DNA of 64,000 nt from Oscillospiraceae bacterium (GCA_015067075.1 SVND01000004.1:2-64001), one strand, 5' to 3'; counted from the stretch's first letter, positions 1 through 10,079 are shown. Notes: generated from the letters alone by a model not told the origin. Made by a program: numbers and translations.

Positions 1-115
1 CAATTCTTCAAGATTGAAAAACAGGAAGAGGTAATTTCCTCTCCCTGCTTTTCTTGCGCCTTTTTTCTTTTTTGTGAACTAAACGGGGTTCACTTCAATT
101 TATGCTTGTCCTTTT

Positions 116-192
116 TGGTCGGAGTAACGAGACTTGAACTCATGGCCTCTTGGTCCCGAACCAAGCGCTCTACCAAACTGAGCTATACCCCG
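116..192 (-). tRNA. tRNA-Pro (anticodon CGG)
   Basis: The reverse complement folds as a cloverleaf: acceptor CGGGGTA/TACTCCG, D-arm GCTC..GAGC, anticodon stem CTTGG/CCAAG with loop TTCGGGA, T-loop TTCAAGT, encoded CCA. Length 77 nt. Confidence 0.9.
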
Positions 193-288
193 ATGCAACA
201 GCGGATATTATTATACTACATTATTTTAAAAAAGTCAACATATAATTTCACTTTTTCTTGATTTTTTTACCGCCGTGATGCTCTTTTG

Positions 289-1044
289 TCAATATACGAC
301 CTTTATGCCTGCTTGCTTCGCCGCTTCGGCAAGCTCATCAGGTAACGGTTTGTCGGTTATAATAACGTCAACGTTTTCAGGCATACAGAAAGTATACGGC
401 AAGGTCTTGCCGAATTTCGTGCTATCAATAAGCATTACAACGTGCTTCGCCCACGAAACAGCTTTCCTTTTCAGCTCGCATTCGTTGACAAGTGCATTTG
501 TAAAGCCATGCTCCGCTGAAAATCCCGCCGCGCCCATAAACGCCGTATCAATATTTATCTGCTCCAACGCATTGAGCGCAATGGGTCCTGACATGGAAGC
601 AACGGCTTTATTAAGCGTACCGCCTGTCAGAACGACTTCGACCTTTTCCTTTTGCTTGAGCAGATTTACAGTTTCAACGCCGTTCGTCGTAACAAAAAGC
701 GGCTTATCGGGAAGCATTTTGGCAAGTTCCTGCACAGTTGTGCCTGAGTCAAAATAAACAGACGACGCTTCCTCTACGTATTCAAGTGCCAAAAGCGCTA
801 TTTTGCTTTTTTGCGCCTGCGCAGAGCTCGAGCGTGAGCTATGCTCAAAATCGCTGGGAAGCACATCCTCACAAAGCACCGCTCCGCCTCTTGTACGGCG
901 AATATATCCGTTTTTCGCAAGCAAATTAAGGTCACGTCGGATAGTCATTTCATTATAATCCGGAAAGAGGGCACAAAGCTCCCTCAACGTGACCGTTTTA
1001 TTTTGCTTTATATAACCGTATATTATATTTGCTCGCTTTTCCAT
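289..1044 (-). CDS. DeoR/GlpR-family transcriptional regulator
   Basis: 251 aa. N-terminal HTH TLRELCALFPDYNEMTIRRDLNLLAKNGYIRRTRGGAV, followed by a DeoR-type C-terminal sensor domain. Confidence 0.85.
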   Translation of the reverse strand: MEKRANIIYGYIKQNKTVTLRELCALFPDYNEMTIRRDLNLLAKNGYIRRTRGGAVLCEDVLPSDFEHSSRSSSAQAQKSKIALLALEYVEEASSVYFDSGTTVQELAKMLPDKPLFVTTNGVETVNLLKQKEKVEVVLTGGTLNKAVASMSGPIALNALEQINIDTAFMGAAGFSAEHGFTNALVNECELKRKAVSWAKHVVMLIDSTKFGKTLPYTFCMPENVDVIITDKPLPDELAEAAKQAGIKVVY

Positions 1045-1047
1045 CTG

Positions 1048-1707
1048 TTATATCTGCTTTGCAATTTCGTCAAACGCCTTGACAGACTCCGTCGCCTTGC
1101 CGTTGAATATTGACGATCCCGCAACGATAACGTTTGCGCCTGCCTTAAGTACGTCTGCAAGATTTCCCGTGCCGATACCGCCGTCAACCTCAATATCCGT
1201 GCTGAGTCCTCGTGCTGTAACCATTTGCTTTACCTCAGCTATCTTTTCACAGCTTCCCTCGATGAAGGACTGACCGCCAAAGCCCGGCTCAACGGACATT
1301 ATAAGCACCATATCAACGTCGTTGATATACGGCTCCAGCGCCGAAACAGGTGTTTTCGGCTTAATTGAAAGACCTGCCTTAAGTCCTGCCTCTTTTATCA
1401 TTGCGATAGTTTCTGCGACCTTTTCCGTGCTTTCAAGGTGGATAGTGATTATATCAGCGCCTGCCTTTACAAAGTCAGCGATATATCTTTCGGGCTCTCT
1501 TATCATAAGATGTACGTCGAAAATTATATCACAGCATTTTCTCAGCGACTTTATAACAGGCTGACCGAAGGATATATTCGGCACAAAAAGTCCGTCCATA
1601 ACGTCAAGATGGATGTATTTTGCTCCTGCCTGCCAAACTTCGATTATATCATTTCCTGCTGATGCAAAATTGCACGACAGCAAGGACGGTGAAAGTATAT
1701 ATTCCAT
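1048..1707 (-). CDS. rpe: ribulose-phosphate 3-epimerase
   Basis: 219 aa. Motifs HLDVMDGLFVPNISFG, DVHLM, MSVEPGFGGQSF, EVDGG. Confidence 0.93.
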   Translation of the reverse strand: MEYILSPSLLSCNFASAGNDIIEVWQAGAKYIHLDVMDGLFVPNISFGQPVIKSLRKCCDIIFDVHLMIREPERYIADFVKAGADIITIHLESTEKVAETIAMIKEAGLKAGLSIKPKTPVSALEPYINDVDMVLIMSVEPGFGGQSFIEGSCEKIAEVKQMVTARGLSTDIEVDGGIGTGNLADVLKAGANVIVAGSSIFNGKATESVKAFDEIAKQI

Positions 1708-1709
1708 TA

Positions 1710-4496
1710 TTATTCGTTCCCTTCATTTTGTTCATAATTATCAGATACATCAGATGCTTCCGACGTACGCATGACCATTTCCTGCCACTGCTGACGGGTT
1801 ATAAGCACCTGTCGCGGCTTTGAGCCTTCATACGGACCAACTATTCCGCGCGCTTCCATTTCATCAACGATACGCGCCGCCCGTGCATAGCCAAGTTTCA
1901 GCTTACGCTGCAGCAGCGAAGTAGATGCAAGTCCTGCTTCAACCACACATTCAATAGCCTTCGGAAGCATTTCATCGTCGCCGTTTCCGCCTTCCTCACT
2001 ATCCTTACCGCCGCTCTTTTTCTGCTGCTCCTGCGCCGCCGCTTTGTCGATATGTGCCATGACGTCGGAATTATACTGTGCAGATTCATCCTTCAAAAAT
2101 TCAACTATAGACTCGACCTCGCCGTCGCTTACGAAGCAGCCCTGTACTCTCTTGGGCTTAGATGCACCCAAGGGATAAAACAGCATATCGCCTCTACCGA
2201 GAAGCTTCTCCGCGCCGCCTGTATCCAAAATGGTGCGAGAGTCTATCTGCGACGACGTTGCAAACGCAATTCGCGACGGTACGTTTGCCTTAATAAGGCC
2301 TGTTACAACGTCAACGGACGGACGCTGCGTGGCAATGATAAGGTGCATACCTGCCGCGCGTGCCATCTGCGCCAAACGGCAGATATAATCCTCGACCTCC
2401 TTCGCGGCGACCATCATAAGGTCGGCAAGCTCGTCGATAACGATAACCATTTGCGGCATCGGTTCAAGCCCATGCTCCGCGGCAACGGCGTTAAAGCCCT
2501 TGAGATCGCGCACGTTGTTATCTGCAAAAAGCTTATATCTGCGCACCATTTCATTAACTGCCCAGTTAAGGGCACCTGCCGCCTTGCGCGGGTCTGTAAC
2601 AACGGGCACGATAAGGTGCGGAATTCCGTTGTAAACGCCAAGCTCAACCATTTTCGGGTCGATAAGTAAAAGCTTCACCTCATCAGGTGATGCCTTGTAC
2701 AAAAGGCTTACGATTATGGAATTTATGCAAACAGACTTACCTGAGCCCGTAGCACCCGCTATGAGCATATGTGGCATACGGTAAATATCGCCGACTGCAA
2801 AGCCGCCGTCAAGGGCAAGACCGAGGGCAAAGGTAAGCTTGCTCTTTGCATCCTTGAATTCGTCAGACTCGATTATATCGCGGATATAAACCGTATTGAC
2901 GCTCTTGTTGGGAATTTCAATTCCTATGGCGCTCTTTCCCGGAATATGGCCTTCGATACGGACCGATTCAGCCGCAAGGCTGAGAGCAAGGTCATCGGCA
3001 AGAGCCGTTATCTTGTTAAGACGCACGCCTGCGCTGGGCTGTACCTCATATCTGGTTATGGCAGGACCGCGGCTTACGTTGAGCACCTTTGCCTCAACGC
3101 CGAAGCTTTTAAGTGCTTCAACAAGCCGCACGGAATTCATGCGAAGCTCGTCGGAGACGTCCACGCCGCCTGCTGACGTATCCTTTTTAAGAAGGGTTAC
3201 GGGCGGGAACGTATAAAGCTTTTGCTGCTGTGCGGCAGATGCTTCCTGCGTCGTTTCTATCTCAGCCAAAAACTCCTCTGCGCCCTCGCTGATATCTTCT
3301 TTCGTCATCTTTTTCGGCGGTTCTTTATCTAAAGGTACGTCATGACTTAAACGCGATACGCTCTCAGCCTTCTCAACCTTTTCAGCGGGTATCGCCGCTT
3401 CCGCTTCGCTTTCAAGCTCAAGCTGACGCTGAACCTCCGCCTTTTGCTTAAGTATCTTTGCAAGGTCAAACGTACCTATTTCAGGAAGCTCTTCTGCTTG
3501 TCCGTCGCCGTATTTTTCGCCGTCACCGTCAAAACTTACGGTAAGCGTTTCAGGATTTTCAAACGCCGTCTCCCCTGCCTGCTCCTCTATCGGCACCTCA
3601 TAACCGTCAAGAGGCACGTCGGGATTGAATTTACGCTTTGCGCGCGCTTCCGTCGGCACATCATCGAAAAGGCGCTTGCGCTCCTTTTTCTTTTCCTGTT
3701 CACTTTGTGCTTCAAGCTCCGTACGCTTTTCAGCCACCAACTGTTTTTCCTTTATTCTTTTGCGTGCCGCTTCGATCTGCTCCTGCTCACGCTTTTCAGC
3801 ACGCACCTGTTCAAGCTCCATGCGTTTTTCACGCTTTTCAGCTCTGTTTTTGTCCATCTCATCAATGCCGTAGCGCAGATCGCCCCAAAGATTGCGTATA
3901 GTCTCAAATGAGATGCCTGCCGCAATGCAGAAGGTAACGAGCGCGATACAGCCGAAAATGATGTAACAGCCAATATCTCCGCAAAGTCCCGACATGGGCA
4001 AAGCAATAAAGCCGCCTATTGCGCCGCCCGTAGTAAAGGCTTGTCCGCCGTTAAAAAGCCCCGACGGAGAAAAAGCAATATCGGTACCCGTAACGACCTG
4101 TAATATGGATGAAAACGATACGGTAAAAATTATTATGGATATAAGCTTCGCTTTTACAGCACTTCTCATGCTTCCCCGCGCTATCTGTATACCGAGGTAT
4201 ATCATGGCTATAGGGATCACGAACGCCGCATAGGAAAGCAGGCCCGTAAAGATTATTTTTATCCATTTGCCCAGAAATCCCATGAGGTCCGTTGCAAGGC
4301 TGAGGGCAGTAAGAACGCCTGCAATAACAAGTATCGCGGCGAAAAGCTCTCCTCTTATACCCTCGTATCTTTCCGATTTTTCACGGATCTGCTTCTGCTT
4401 TACATCGCTTTTTTTCGTTAATTTTTTAGTCGGCGCTTTTTTCACCGCTTTGCTTTTCGACGAAGCTCCTTTTTTTCCGTTTCCGGTATTCGCCAT
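1710..4496 (-). CDS. ftsK: DNA translocase FtsK/SpoIIIE
   Basis: 928 aa. Polytopic N-terminal region, long K/E-rich linker, motor domain with Walker A AGATGSGKSV and Walker B VIVIDELADLM, and a gamma winged helix SLLQRKLKLGYARAARIVDEME. Confidence 0.93.
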   Translation of the reverse strand: MANTGNGKKGASSKSKAVKKAPTKKLTKKSDVKQKQIREKSERYEGIRGELFAAILVIAGVLTALSLATDLMGFLGKWIKIIFTGLLSYAAFVIPIAMIYLGIQIARGSMRSAVKAKLISIIIFTVSFSSILQVVTGTDIAFSPSGLFNGGQAFTTGGAIGGFIALPMSGLCGDIGCYIIFGCIALVTFCIAAGISFETIRNLWGDLRYGIDEMDKNRAEKREKRMELEQVRAEKREQEQIEAARKRIKEKQLVAEKRTELEAQSEQEKKKERKRLFDDVPTEARAKRKFNPDVPLDGYEVPIEEQAGETAFENPETLTVSFDGDGEKYGDGQAEELPEIGTFDLAKILKQKAEVQRQLELESEAEAAIPAEKVEKAESVSRLSHDVPLDKEPPKKMTKEDISEGAEEFLAEIETTQEASAAQQQKLYTFPPVTLLKKDTSAGGVDVSDELRMNSVRLVEALKSFGVEAKVLNVSRGPAITRYEVQPSAGVRLNKITALADDLALSLAAESVRIEGHIPGKSAIGIEIPNKSVNTVYIRDIIESDEFKDAKSKLTFALGLALDGGFAVGDIYRMPHMLIAGATGSGKSVCINSIIVSLLYKASPDEVKLLLIDPKMVELGVYNGIPHLIVPVVTDPRKAAGALNWAVNEMVRRYKLFADNNVRDLKGFNAVAAEHGLEPMPQMVIVIDELADLMMVAAKEVEDYICRLAQMARAAGMHLIIATQRPSVDVVTGLIKANVPSRIAFATSSQIDSRTILDTGGAEKLLGRGDMLFYPLGASKPKRVQGCFVSDGEVESIVEFLKDESAQYNSDVMAHIDKAAAQEQQKKSGGKDSEEGGNGDDEMLPKAIECVVEAGLASTSLLQRKLKLGYARAARIVDEMEARGIVGPYEGSKPRQVLITRQQWQEMVMRTSEASDVSDNYEQNEGNE

Positions 4497-4509
4497 TTTT
4501 TCTCCCTTC

Positions 4510-5343
4510 TTATCCTATAAAAAATGATGCCACAGCCGTTGCCGCGCCTGCGATAACGCTGTATATCGCAAAGATCTTAAACAAGTTACGCTTCATAAGC
4601 ATATTCAAAAGCTTTATTGCAAAAAATCCGCTTACAGCCGCAACTAACATACCAACTGCGTACATTGCCGCCTGCTCGCCAGTTATACTCATTTTGGCAA
4701 TATCAAAAATATTGAGAAGATTTGCCGCAACTATTGTCGGTATGGACAAAATGAACGAGTATTTCACTGCAAGCTCCCTGTCAAAGCCGCAATAAAGCGC
4801 GCCGCTGATGGTCGAGCCTGACCTTGATATACCGGGAAGCACACCTAAAAGCTGAATAAAGCCAATGGTAAGAGCGTTTTTAGGCGTTGCTTTGCTTATG
4901 TCCTTATCGGTGTCCTCAAATTTCGTGGATATATACAAAATTATACCGTTCAATATCAAAAGAACGCCTATTGCCCAAGGAATTGCCGTTATCCATTCGA
5001 CAAAATCCTTAAAGAGCAAAACAAGCACAAGCGGTATCAGCGTTACCATCATCAGTACCGCCATGCGCTGATATTGATTTGCGTCCTTCCATGTAAAACG
5101 CTTTTTGAAAATATCGCCGAGCATGAGAAAGAAATTTTTAATTATCATCCATATATCCTTATAATACACGGCGATGACCGCAATAAGCGTGCCGAGATGC
5201 AGTAATATGGATAAAATAAGGTTTTCTTCGCCCTCCATGCCGAAAAAGCTCTGGAAAACAGCTAAATGTCCCGAGCTTGATATAGGTAAAAATTCGCAAA
5301 GTCCCTGCACCAAGCCTAAAATTATCGCTTCAAGCCAATTCAT
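4510..5343 (-). CDS. uppP: undecaprenyl-diphosphate phosphatase (BacA/UppP)
   Basis: Motifs CEFLPISSSGHL and PGISRSGSTI in a polytopic protein. Start placed at MNWLEAI (ATG 5343, GGAG upstream) rather than the longer ORF start at 5364. Confidence 0.9.
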   Translation of the reverse strand: MNWLEAIILGLVQGLCEFLPISSSGHLAVFQSFFGMEGEENLILSILLHLGTLIAVIAVYYKDIWMIIKNFFLMLGDIFKKRFTWKDANQYQRMAVLMMVTLIPLVLVLLFKDFVEWITAIPWAIGVLLILNGIILYISTKFEDTDKDISKATPKNALTIGFIQLLGVLPGISRSGSTISGALYCGFDRELAVKYSFILSIPTIVAANLLNIFDIAKMSITGEQAAMYAVGMLVAAVSGFFAIKLLNMLMKRNLFKIFAIYSVIAGAATAVASFFIG

Positions 5344-5373
5344 AAAAATCTCCAATCCATGCACTATAACTGT

Positions 5374-6399
5374 TTAGTTGAAATTATTTCGCATCATACT
5401 TTTCTGCTGTCTTATATCTTTTCCGAAAAATTGAAGCAGCTCAAAATCACCTATAAGACGGGAAACTATTCTCGCCCCGTATATGGTTTCAAGTGATGAT
5501 ATATCCTGATTTGTACTTATAACCATTTTTTTCGACGCGCGCATTCTGTTCGTAAGAAGATTATAAAAGCAGGCAACTGTAAACTGCGTTGAAAATTCAG
5601 CGCCCAGATCGTCGATCACCAAAAGATCGCAGTCAAGATACGCCGCCGCCTTTTCCGCACTTTCGCTGTCCTTTGAAAATTTAGCATCCTCAAATGCGGC
5701 AAAAATATTTTGCGCCGTATCGTAAATTACAACGTAGCCGTCCTCTGCCACGACTCTTGCCACAGCGGCAGATAAAAACGTCTTACCCAGTCCCGTATTG
5801 CCGACGAAAAGAAGGCTTTGATGCTCGTTTGCAAAATTATGAGCATATTCCACACAGCGGCTAAATATGTTTTTCATATTTTTCTGCGCCGAAATTCCAT
5901 ACTGCGGGTCAATAGCCACAGGATAATACGAAAGGTCAAAGCTTTCAAAGGTCTGCTTGCCGAAATCGTTGCCAAAGCCAAGGGATTCAACAGCCTTCTT
6001 GCGCAGTGCATCCTTAAAGCAGCTGCACATCTCGCCGTTTTCGTAAAAGCCCTCGTCGTTGCATTTACTGCACGTAAACTTCGGCGTCAGCGCATCGGGC
6101 GGATAACCGTTCGACATGAGTATTTCGCGGCGGCGGCGCTGAAGCTGAATGTTCGAAGCTTTTATACGCTCAAACGTAGCTTTATATTGCTCGTAATCGT
6201 CCTCGCTGTAATTTTTTGAGGCAAAAGCCGCTCTAACGAGAGAAAGTCCCGTTTCTGCAAGCTGGTCCTCTATCTCATAAAGCTCGGGGAGCTTTTTATA
6301 TATCGCTTCCTTTTTAATTTTAGCATCTTCAAGCGCTTTTTCACGTCTTTGCTTAAACAGCGCATCCACATATGAATATACGTCCTTGTTGTAAGCCAT
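5374..6399 (-). CDS. DnaC/IstB-like AAA+ ATPase (putative helicase loader)
   Basis: 341 aa. Walker A GNTGLGKTFL, Walker B LLVIDDLG, preceded by a Cys4 knuckle CSKCNDEGFYENGEMCSC. Confidence 0.75.
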   Translation of the reverse strand: MAYNKDVYSYVDALFKQRREKALEDAKIKKEAIYKKLPELYEIEDQLAETGLSLVRAAFASKNYSEDDYEQYKATFERIKASNIQLQRRRREILMSNGYPPDALTPKFTCSKCNDEGFYENGEMCSCFKDALRKKAVESLGFGNDFGKQTFESFDLSYYPVAIDPQYGISAQKNMKNIFSRCVEYAHNFANEHQSLLFVGNTGLGKTFLSAAVARVVAEDGYVVIYDTAQNIFAAFEDAKFSKDSESAEKAAAYLDCDLLVIDDLGAEFSTQFTVACFYNLLTNRMRASKKMVISTNQDISSLETIYGARIVSRLIGDFELLQFFGKDIRQQKSMMRNNFN

Positions 6400-6506
6400 A
6401 TACCTTCTTCTCCCATTTTTACATCATAAATTTTAGCGCATACCTTCCGCCATTATATTGTAACACATCAACACCACATTTTTCAATACTTATTTTTATT
6501 TTTTTG

Positions 6507-6536
6507 TTGCAAATAGTACCCAAGTTGATGTATAAT
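6507..6536 (+). promoter_or_regulatory. putative sigma-A promoter of pyrB
   Basis: TTGCAA (6507-6512), 18-nt spacer, TATAAT (6531-6536), about 55 nt upstream of the pyrB start. Confidence 0.5.
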
Positions 6537-6589
6537 ATATAAAACTGACAGTTTAAGTTTTGAAAAAACAGCAAAAAGGATGTACCAAC

Positions 6590-7657
6590 ATGAAAAGTCT
6601 TTTGGATTTTAACGATTTATCCGATATCGAATGGAACCACCTGCTTTCACTTGCACGCCAAATAAAGCAGTCTCCTGCCGACTTTGCAACGCTTTGCCGC
6701 GGCAAGGTCATGGCAACGCTTTTTTACGAGCCGTCAACAAGAACTCAATTTTCCTTCCAGACCGCTATGCAAAGATTGGGCGGTACGATAATCGGATTTT
6801 CCGACCCCAATTCCACCTCCGTTTCAAAGGGTGAAACTCTTATTGATACAACTAAAATAGTTTCCGCATACGCAGATATAATTGCCATGCGCCATCCCGT
6901 AGAGGGTGCGCCCTATGCGGCAAGCCTGTTTGCACCTATCCCCGTTATCAACGCGGGTGACGGCGGACATCTCCACCCCACGCAGACGCTAACCGACCTT
7001 TACACTATCTCCGATTTAAAAGGCACTCTTACAGGGCTTAACATCGGTATTTGCGGCGACCTTAAAAACGGCAGAACAGTCCATTCCCTTCTCAAGGCGT
7101 TTATGCGCTTCCCCGGCAATGAATTTTATCTTATTTCGCATCCCGACCTTGCCGTACCTCAGTACGTGCTCAAGCTTCTCGACCGAGCAGGCGTTCACTA
7201 CAGACAGATAACGTCTCTTGATGAGTGCATTGCAAAGCTTGACGTGCTTTACATGACGCGCGTTCAGCGTGAGCGCTTTGCGTCCCTTGCCGAATACGAG
7301 CGTCTTGCAGGCTGTTATACCCTTGACATGGCAAAGATGAACGTGGCAAAAAAGGACCTTGCAGTTTTGCATCCCCTTCCGAAGATCGACGAAATAGCTT
7401 ACGAGGTAGACAGCGACCCGCGTGCGCTTTATTTCACACAGGCAAAAAACGGTATGTATATCCGCATGGCACTTATCGCAACGCTTCTTGACAGCTATGA
7501 GCCGTCCGTTATGCCGCAAAATGAATTTCCCGACAGAGTATGTCACAATCCTCGCTGCATAACACGTCACGAAACATACCTGCCCCAGCTTATCCGTCAA
7601 GGTAAAACAGCCGCATACTGCCGCTACTGCGAGCATGAAACGGACGACAAGCAATGA
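6590..7657 (+). CDS. pyrB: aspartate carbamoyltransferase catalytic chain with a C-terminal PyrI-like zinc-domain tail
   Basis: Motifs EPSTRTQFSF, MRHP, HPTQ, GDLKNGRTVHS, TRVQRERF, HPLPK. The extra ~45-aa tail is VCHNPRCITRHE...AAYCRYCEHE. Start placed at MKSLLDF (6590); the ORF opens at a TTG at 6560. Confidence 0.9.
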   Translation: MKSLLDFNDLSDIEWNHLLSLARQIKQSPADFATLCRGKVMATLFYEPSTRTQFSFQTAMQRLGGTIIGFSDPNSTSVSKGETLIDTTKIVSAYADIIAMRHPVEGAPYAASLFAPIPVINAGDGGHLHPTQTLTDLYTISDLKGTLTGLNIGICGDLKNGRTVHSLLKAFMRFPGNEFYLISHPDLAVPQYVLKLLDRAGVHYRQITSLDECIAKLDVLYMTRVQRERFASLAEYERLAGCYTLDMAKMNVAKKDLAVLHPLPKIDEIAYEVDSDPRALYFTQAKNGMYIRMALIATLLDSYEPSVMPQNEFPDRVCHNPRCITRHETYLPQLIRQGKTAAYCRYCEHETDDKQ

Positions 7658-8181
7658 AGCCGTTAGTTCTTACATCGTCTCCGCGGGAAAACGGATATAC
7701 AGCCGCTTTGGTAAGAGAAGTCTTTCCCGATGCTGAAATAATCCCCCTTTACGGTGCAGATATCGCCGATTGCTCCGCCTGCCGTATTTGCGGTGCAAAC
7801 GGCAAGTGCATACACGACGATCAGATGACGGCGCTTTACCGCAAGCTTGCACTGGCGAGCCTTATCGTTATTGCAACGCCTGTTTGGTTTGGCAGCTTTC
7901 CCGCGCCGCTCAAGCGTTTTACGGACAGGCTCAACTTTTTCTATCACAATAAAATAGAGTCTGCCGACCGCAAGCTTATTTGTCTTTGCACAATGGGCAG
8001 CCGCGACGAGCGCGATATTGAGGGCGTGCGCCGTCTTGCAAAAATATGCGCCAATATGCTTTCGGCGCAGTTTGCAGGCATCTTCACCGTAAGCGGTACT
8101 GACGGTATCGACGAAAATACACCGCAGTACGCATTTTCCGAAACTGTTGAAAAAATAAAAAAGGCTCTTTACGAGAGCTGA
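7654..8181 (+). CDS. flavodoxin-like / NADPH-dependent FMN reductase family protein (iron-sulfur flavoprotein-like)
   Basis: 175 aa. N-terminus LVLTSSPRENGYT, Cys cluster CSACRICGANGKC. ATGA overlap with the pyrB stop. Confidence 0.65.
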   Translation: MKPLVLTSSPRENGYTAALVREVFPDAEIIPLYGADIADCSACRICGANGKCIHDDQMTALYRKLALASLIVIATPVWFGSFPAPLKRFTDRLNFFYHNKIESADRKLICLCTMGSRDERDIEGVRRLAKICANMLSAQFAGIFTVSGTDGIDENTPQYAFSETVEKIKKALYES

Positions 8182-8198
8182 TAAAGATTGGAGTTCAC

Positions 8199-8729
8199 AT
8201 GGAAAACGAAACTGTATTTGTAGAAAAACTTGTAAAAAAGCGTAAAAACGCTATGGCATGGGCAACGCAGATCCTTTCTGTCATTCTCGGTGTTTTCATC
8301 ATTTTCACCGCATGGGGCTTTCTTTCAGGCAGTAACTTAAGCTTCATTCTGCCCCTGCTCGTCGTCGGTATAGGCTACGGCGTTTGGTGGTTTTGCTGCA
8401 CCTTTGAGATAGAGTACGAGTATGCTATCACGGAAGGCGAGCTTGACATTGACAAGATCATTGCAAAGCGCAAGCGTACCCGTATTTTGTCAGTCAAATG
8501 CGAAAGCTTCAAGGCTTTCGGCAAGGTCAGCGACCAAAGCAAGCCCTTTTACAGCGACCCTGCGCTCAAAACTAAAATAGATGCCTCTGAAGACGATGCC
8601 TCGCCCGAGAGATATTACGCTGTTTTTGACCATTCAAAGCTGGGTATGACACGCATAATTTTTGACCCCAGCGATGAAATGATTGCTATCATAGAAAAAT
8701 CTATGGCACGGCACGGATTTAGGAGATAA
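8199..8729 (+). CDS. hypothetical membrane protein (two predicted TM helices)
   Basis: 176 aa. Hydrophobic segments ILSVILGVFIIFTAWGFL and ILPLLVVGIGYGVWWFCC. GGAG RBS. No catalytic motif recognised. Confidence 0.6.
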   Translation: MENETVFVEKLVKKRKNAMAWATQILSVILGVFIIFTAWGFLSGSNLSFILPLLVVGIGYGVWWFCCTFEIEYEYAITEGELDIDKIIAKRKRTRILSVKCESFKAFGKVSDQSKPFYSDPALKTKIDASEDDASPERYYAVFDHSKLGMTRIIFDPSDEMIAIIEKSMARHGFRR

Positions 8730-8731
8730 TT

Positions 8732-9967
8732 ATGGATAAAAAAATCAGGTTTGGCGTTATCGGACTTGGTTGCCGAGGTCTCGGCACCATGGTAACCGTA
8801 CTTTTCCCCTTCGATGAGATAATTGTAACTGCCGTTTGCGACACATATGAGGACAGAGCTGACGAGGGTGCAAAGGCTGTTTTTGAAAAATACGGGACAC
8901 AGCCCTTTTCTACCACCGATTTTAATCAGCTTCTGGCTCGTGACGACGTGGACGCCGTCTACATTGCTTGCTCATGGGAGGATCACATCAAGGTCGCCAT
9001 TGCCGCTTTAAACGCAAAAAAAGCCGTTGCTCTTGAAGTTGGCGGCGCATATAACACAGATGAGCTTTGGGAGCTTGTGGACGCATACGAAAAGACAAAA
9101 ACACCGTTTATGTTTATGGAAAATTGCTGTTTCGGCAAAACGGAGCTGCTTGTCACAAGTATGGCTCGCCGCGGTCTTTTCGGCGAGATAGTCCACTGTA
9201 GCGGTGCGTACGCCCACGACCTGAGAGGCGAGATATGCGGCGGCAACATAAACCGTCACTACAGGCTTCGCAATTACGCCGACAGAAACACGGAAAACTA
9301 TCCGACTCACGAGCTCGGCCCTATTGCAAAGCTGCTTAATATCAACAGAGGCAATAGATTCGTGTCCCTCGTTTCCGTTTCCTCGAAAGCACGGGGGCTT
9401 GCACAGTATATCTCCGATCACGAGGAGCTTACGGAAAAGGACCCTTCCTTGAAAAGCATCAATTTTATGCAGGGCGACATAGTTAATACTGTTATCACCT
9501 GCGAAAACGGCGAAACGGTCGCATTAAAGCTTGATACGACTTTGCCGCGTTCATACAGCCGTGAATTTACCGTCCGCGGAACGAAGGGCGCATATTTTGA
9601 GGACTCCAATTCCTTCTATTTCGACGGCATGGATGAATTTTGGACTACTCAGGAATATATGGCGAAGTACGCCAACAACGCCGCTGAATATGCGAAAAAG
9701 TATCTGCCCGAGGTTTGGAAAAACATAACCGAGGAGCAACTCAAAAGCGGTCACGGTGGCATGGATACTGTCGAGTTTCAAGCTTTCATTGACGCATATT
9801 TAAAAGGCGAGGAAATGCCCGTTGACGTATACGATGCGGCGGCGTGGATGGCTGTATCGGCTTTGGCTGAGCGCTCCATTGCCGAGGGCGGTGCACCTCA
9901 AGCGTTTCCCGATTTCACAAAGGGTGCTTGGCGCGAAAGACCGTGCGCTGACGTTATGAAGCTTTGA
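8732..9967 (+). CDS. Gfo/Idh/MocA-family oxidoreductase
   Basis: 411 aa. N-terminal Rossmann motif IRFGVIGLGCRG, with length and layout typical of the family. Confidence 0.8.
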   Translation: MDKKIRFGVIGLGCRGLGTMVTVLFPFDEIIVTAVCDTYEDRADEGAKAVFEKYGTQPFSTTDFNQLLARDDVDAVYIACSWEDHIKVAIAALNAKKAVALEVGGAYNTDELWELVDAYEKTKTPFMFMENCCFGKTELLVTSMARRGLFGEIVHCSGAYAHDLRGEICGGNINRHYRLRNYADRNTENYPTHELGPIAKLLNINRGNRFVSLVSVSSKARGLAQYISDHEELTEKDPSLKSINFMQGDIVNTVITCENGETVALKLDTTLPRSYSREFTVRGTKGAYFEDSNSFYFDGMDEFWTTQEYMAKYANNAAEYAKKYLPEVWKNITEEQLKSGHGGMDTVEFQAFIDAYLKGEEMPVDVYDAAAWMAVSALAERSIAEGGAPQAFPDFTKGAWRERPCADVMKL

Positions 9968-10051
9968 TTTTAAATTGTGAATAACAACACAAGCAGACGC
10001 CTTTTCTGTTTTGAGTACGTATTGTAACAAAATATGCACAGCGATGATAAA

Positions 10052-10079
10052 TCGGCAGAGGAAACAACGCCTCTGCCGA
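10052..10079. terminator. 10-bp hairpin between the convergent oxidoreductase and pyrE genes
   Basis: TCGGCAGAGG, 8-nt loop, CCTCTGCCGA. Only weak U-tracts on either side. Confidence 0.4.

Noticed and set aside
6400-6589. A PyrR-binding attenuator or riboswitch upstream of pyrB, and likewise upstream of carA (35643-35870).
   Set aside because: I found no conserved PyrR box (ARUCCAGAGAGGYU-like) and no terminator hairpin in either leader. Only a promoter-like element was seen.
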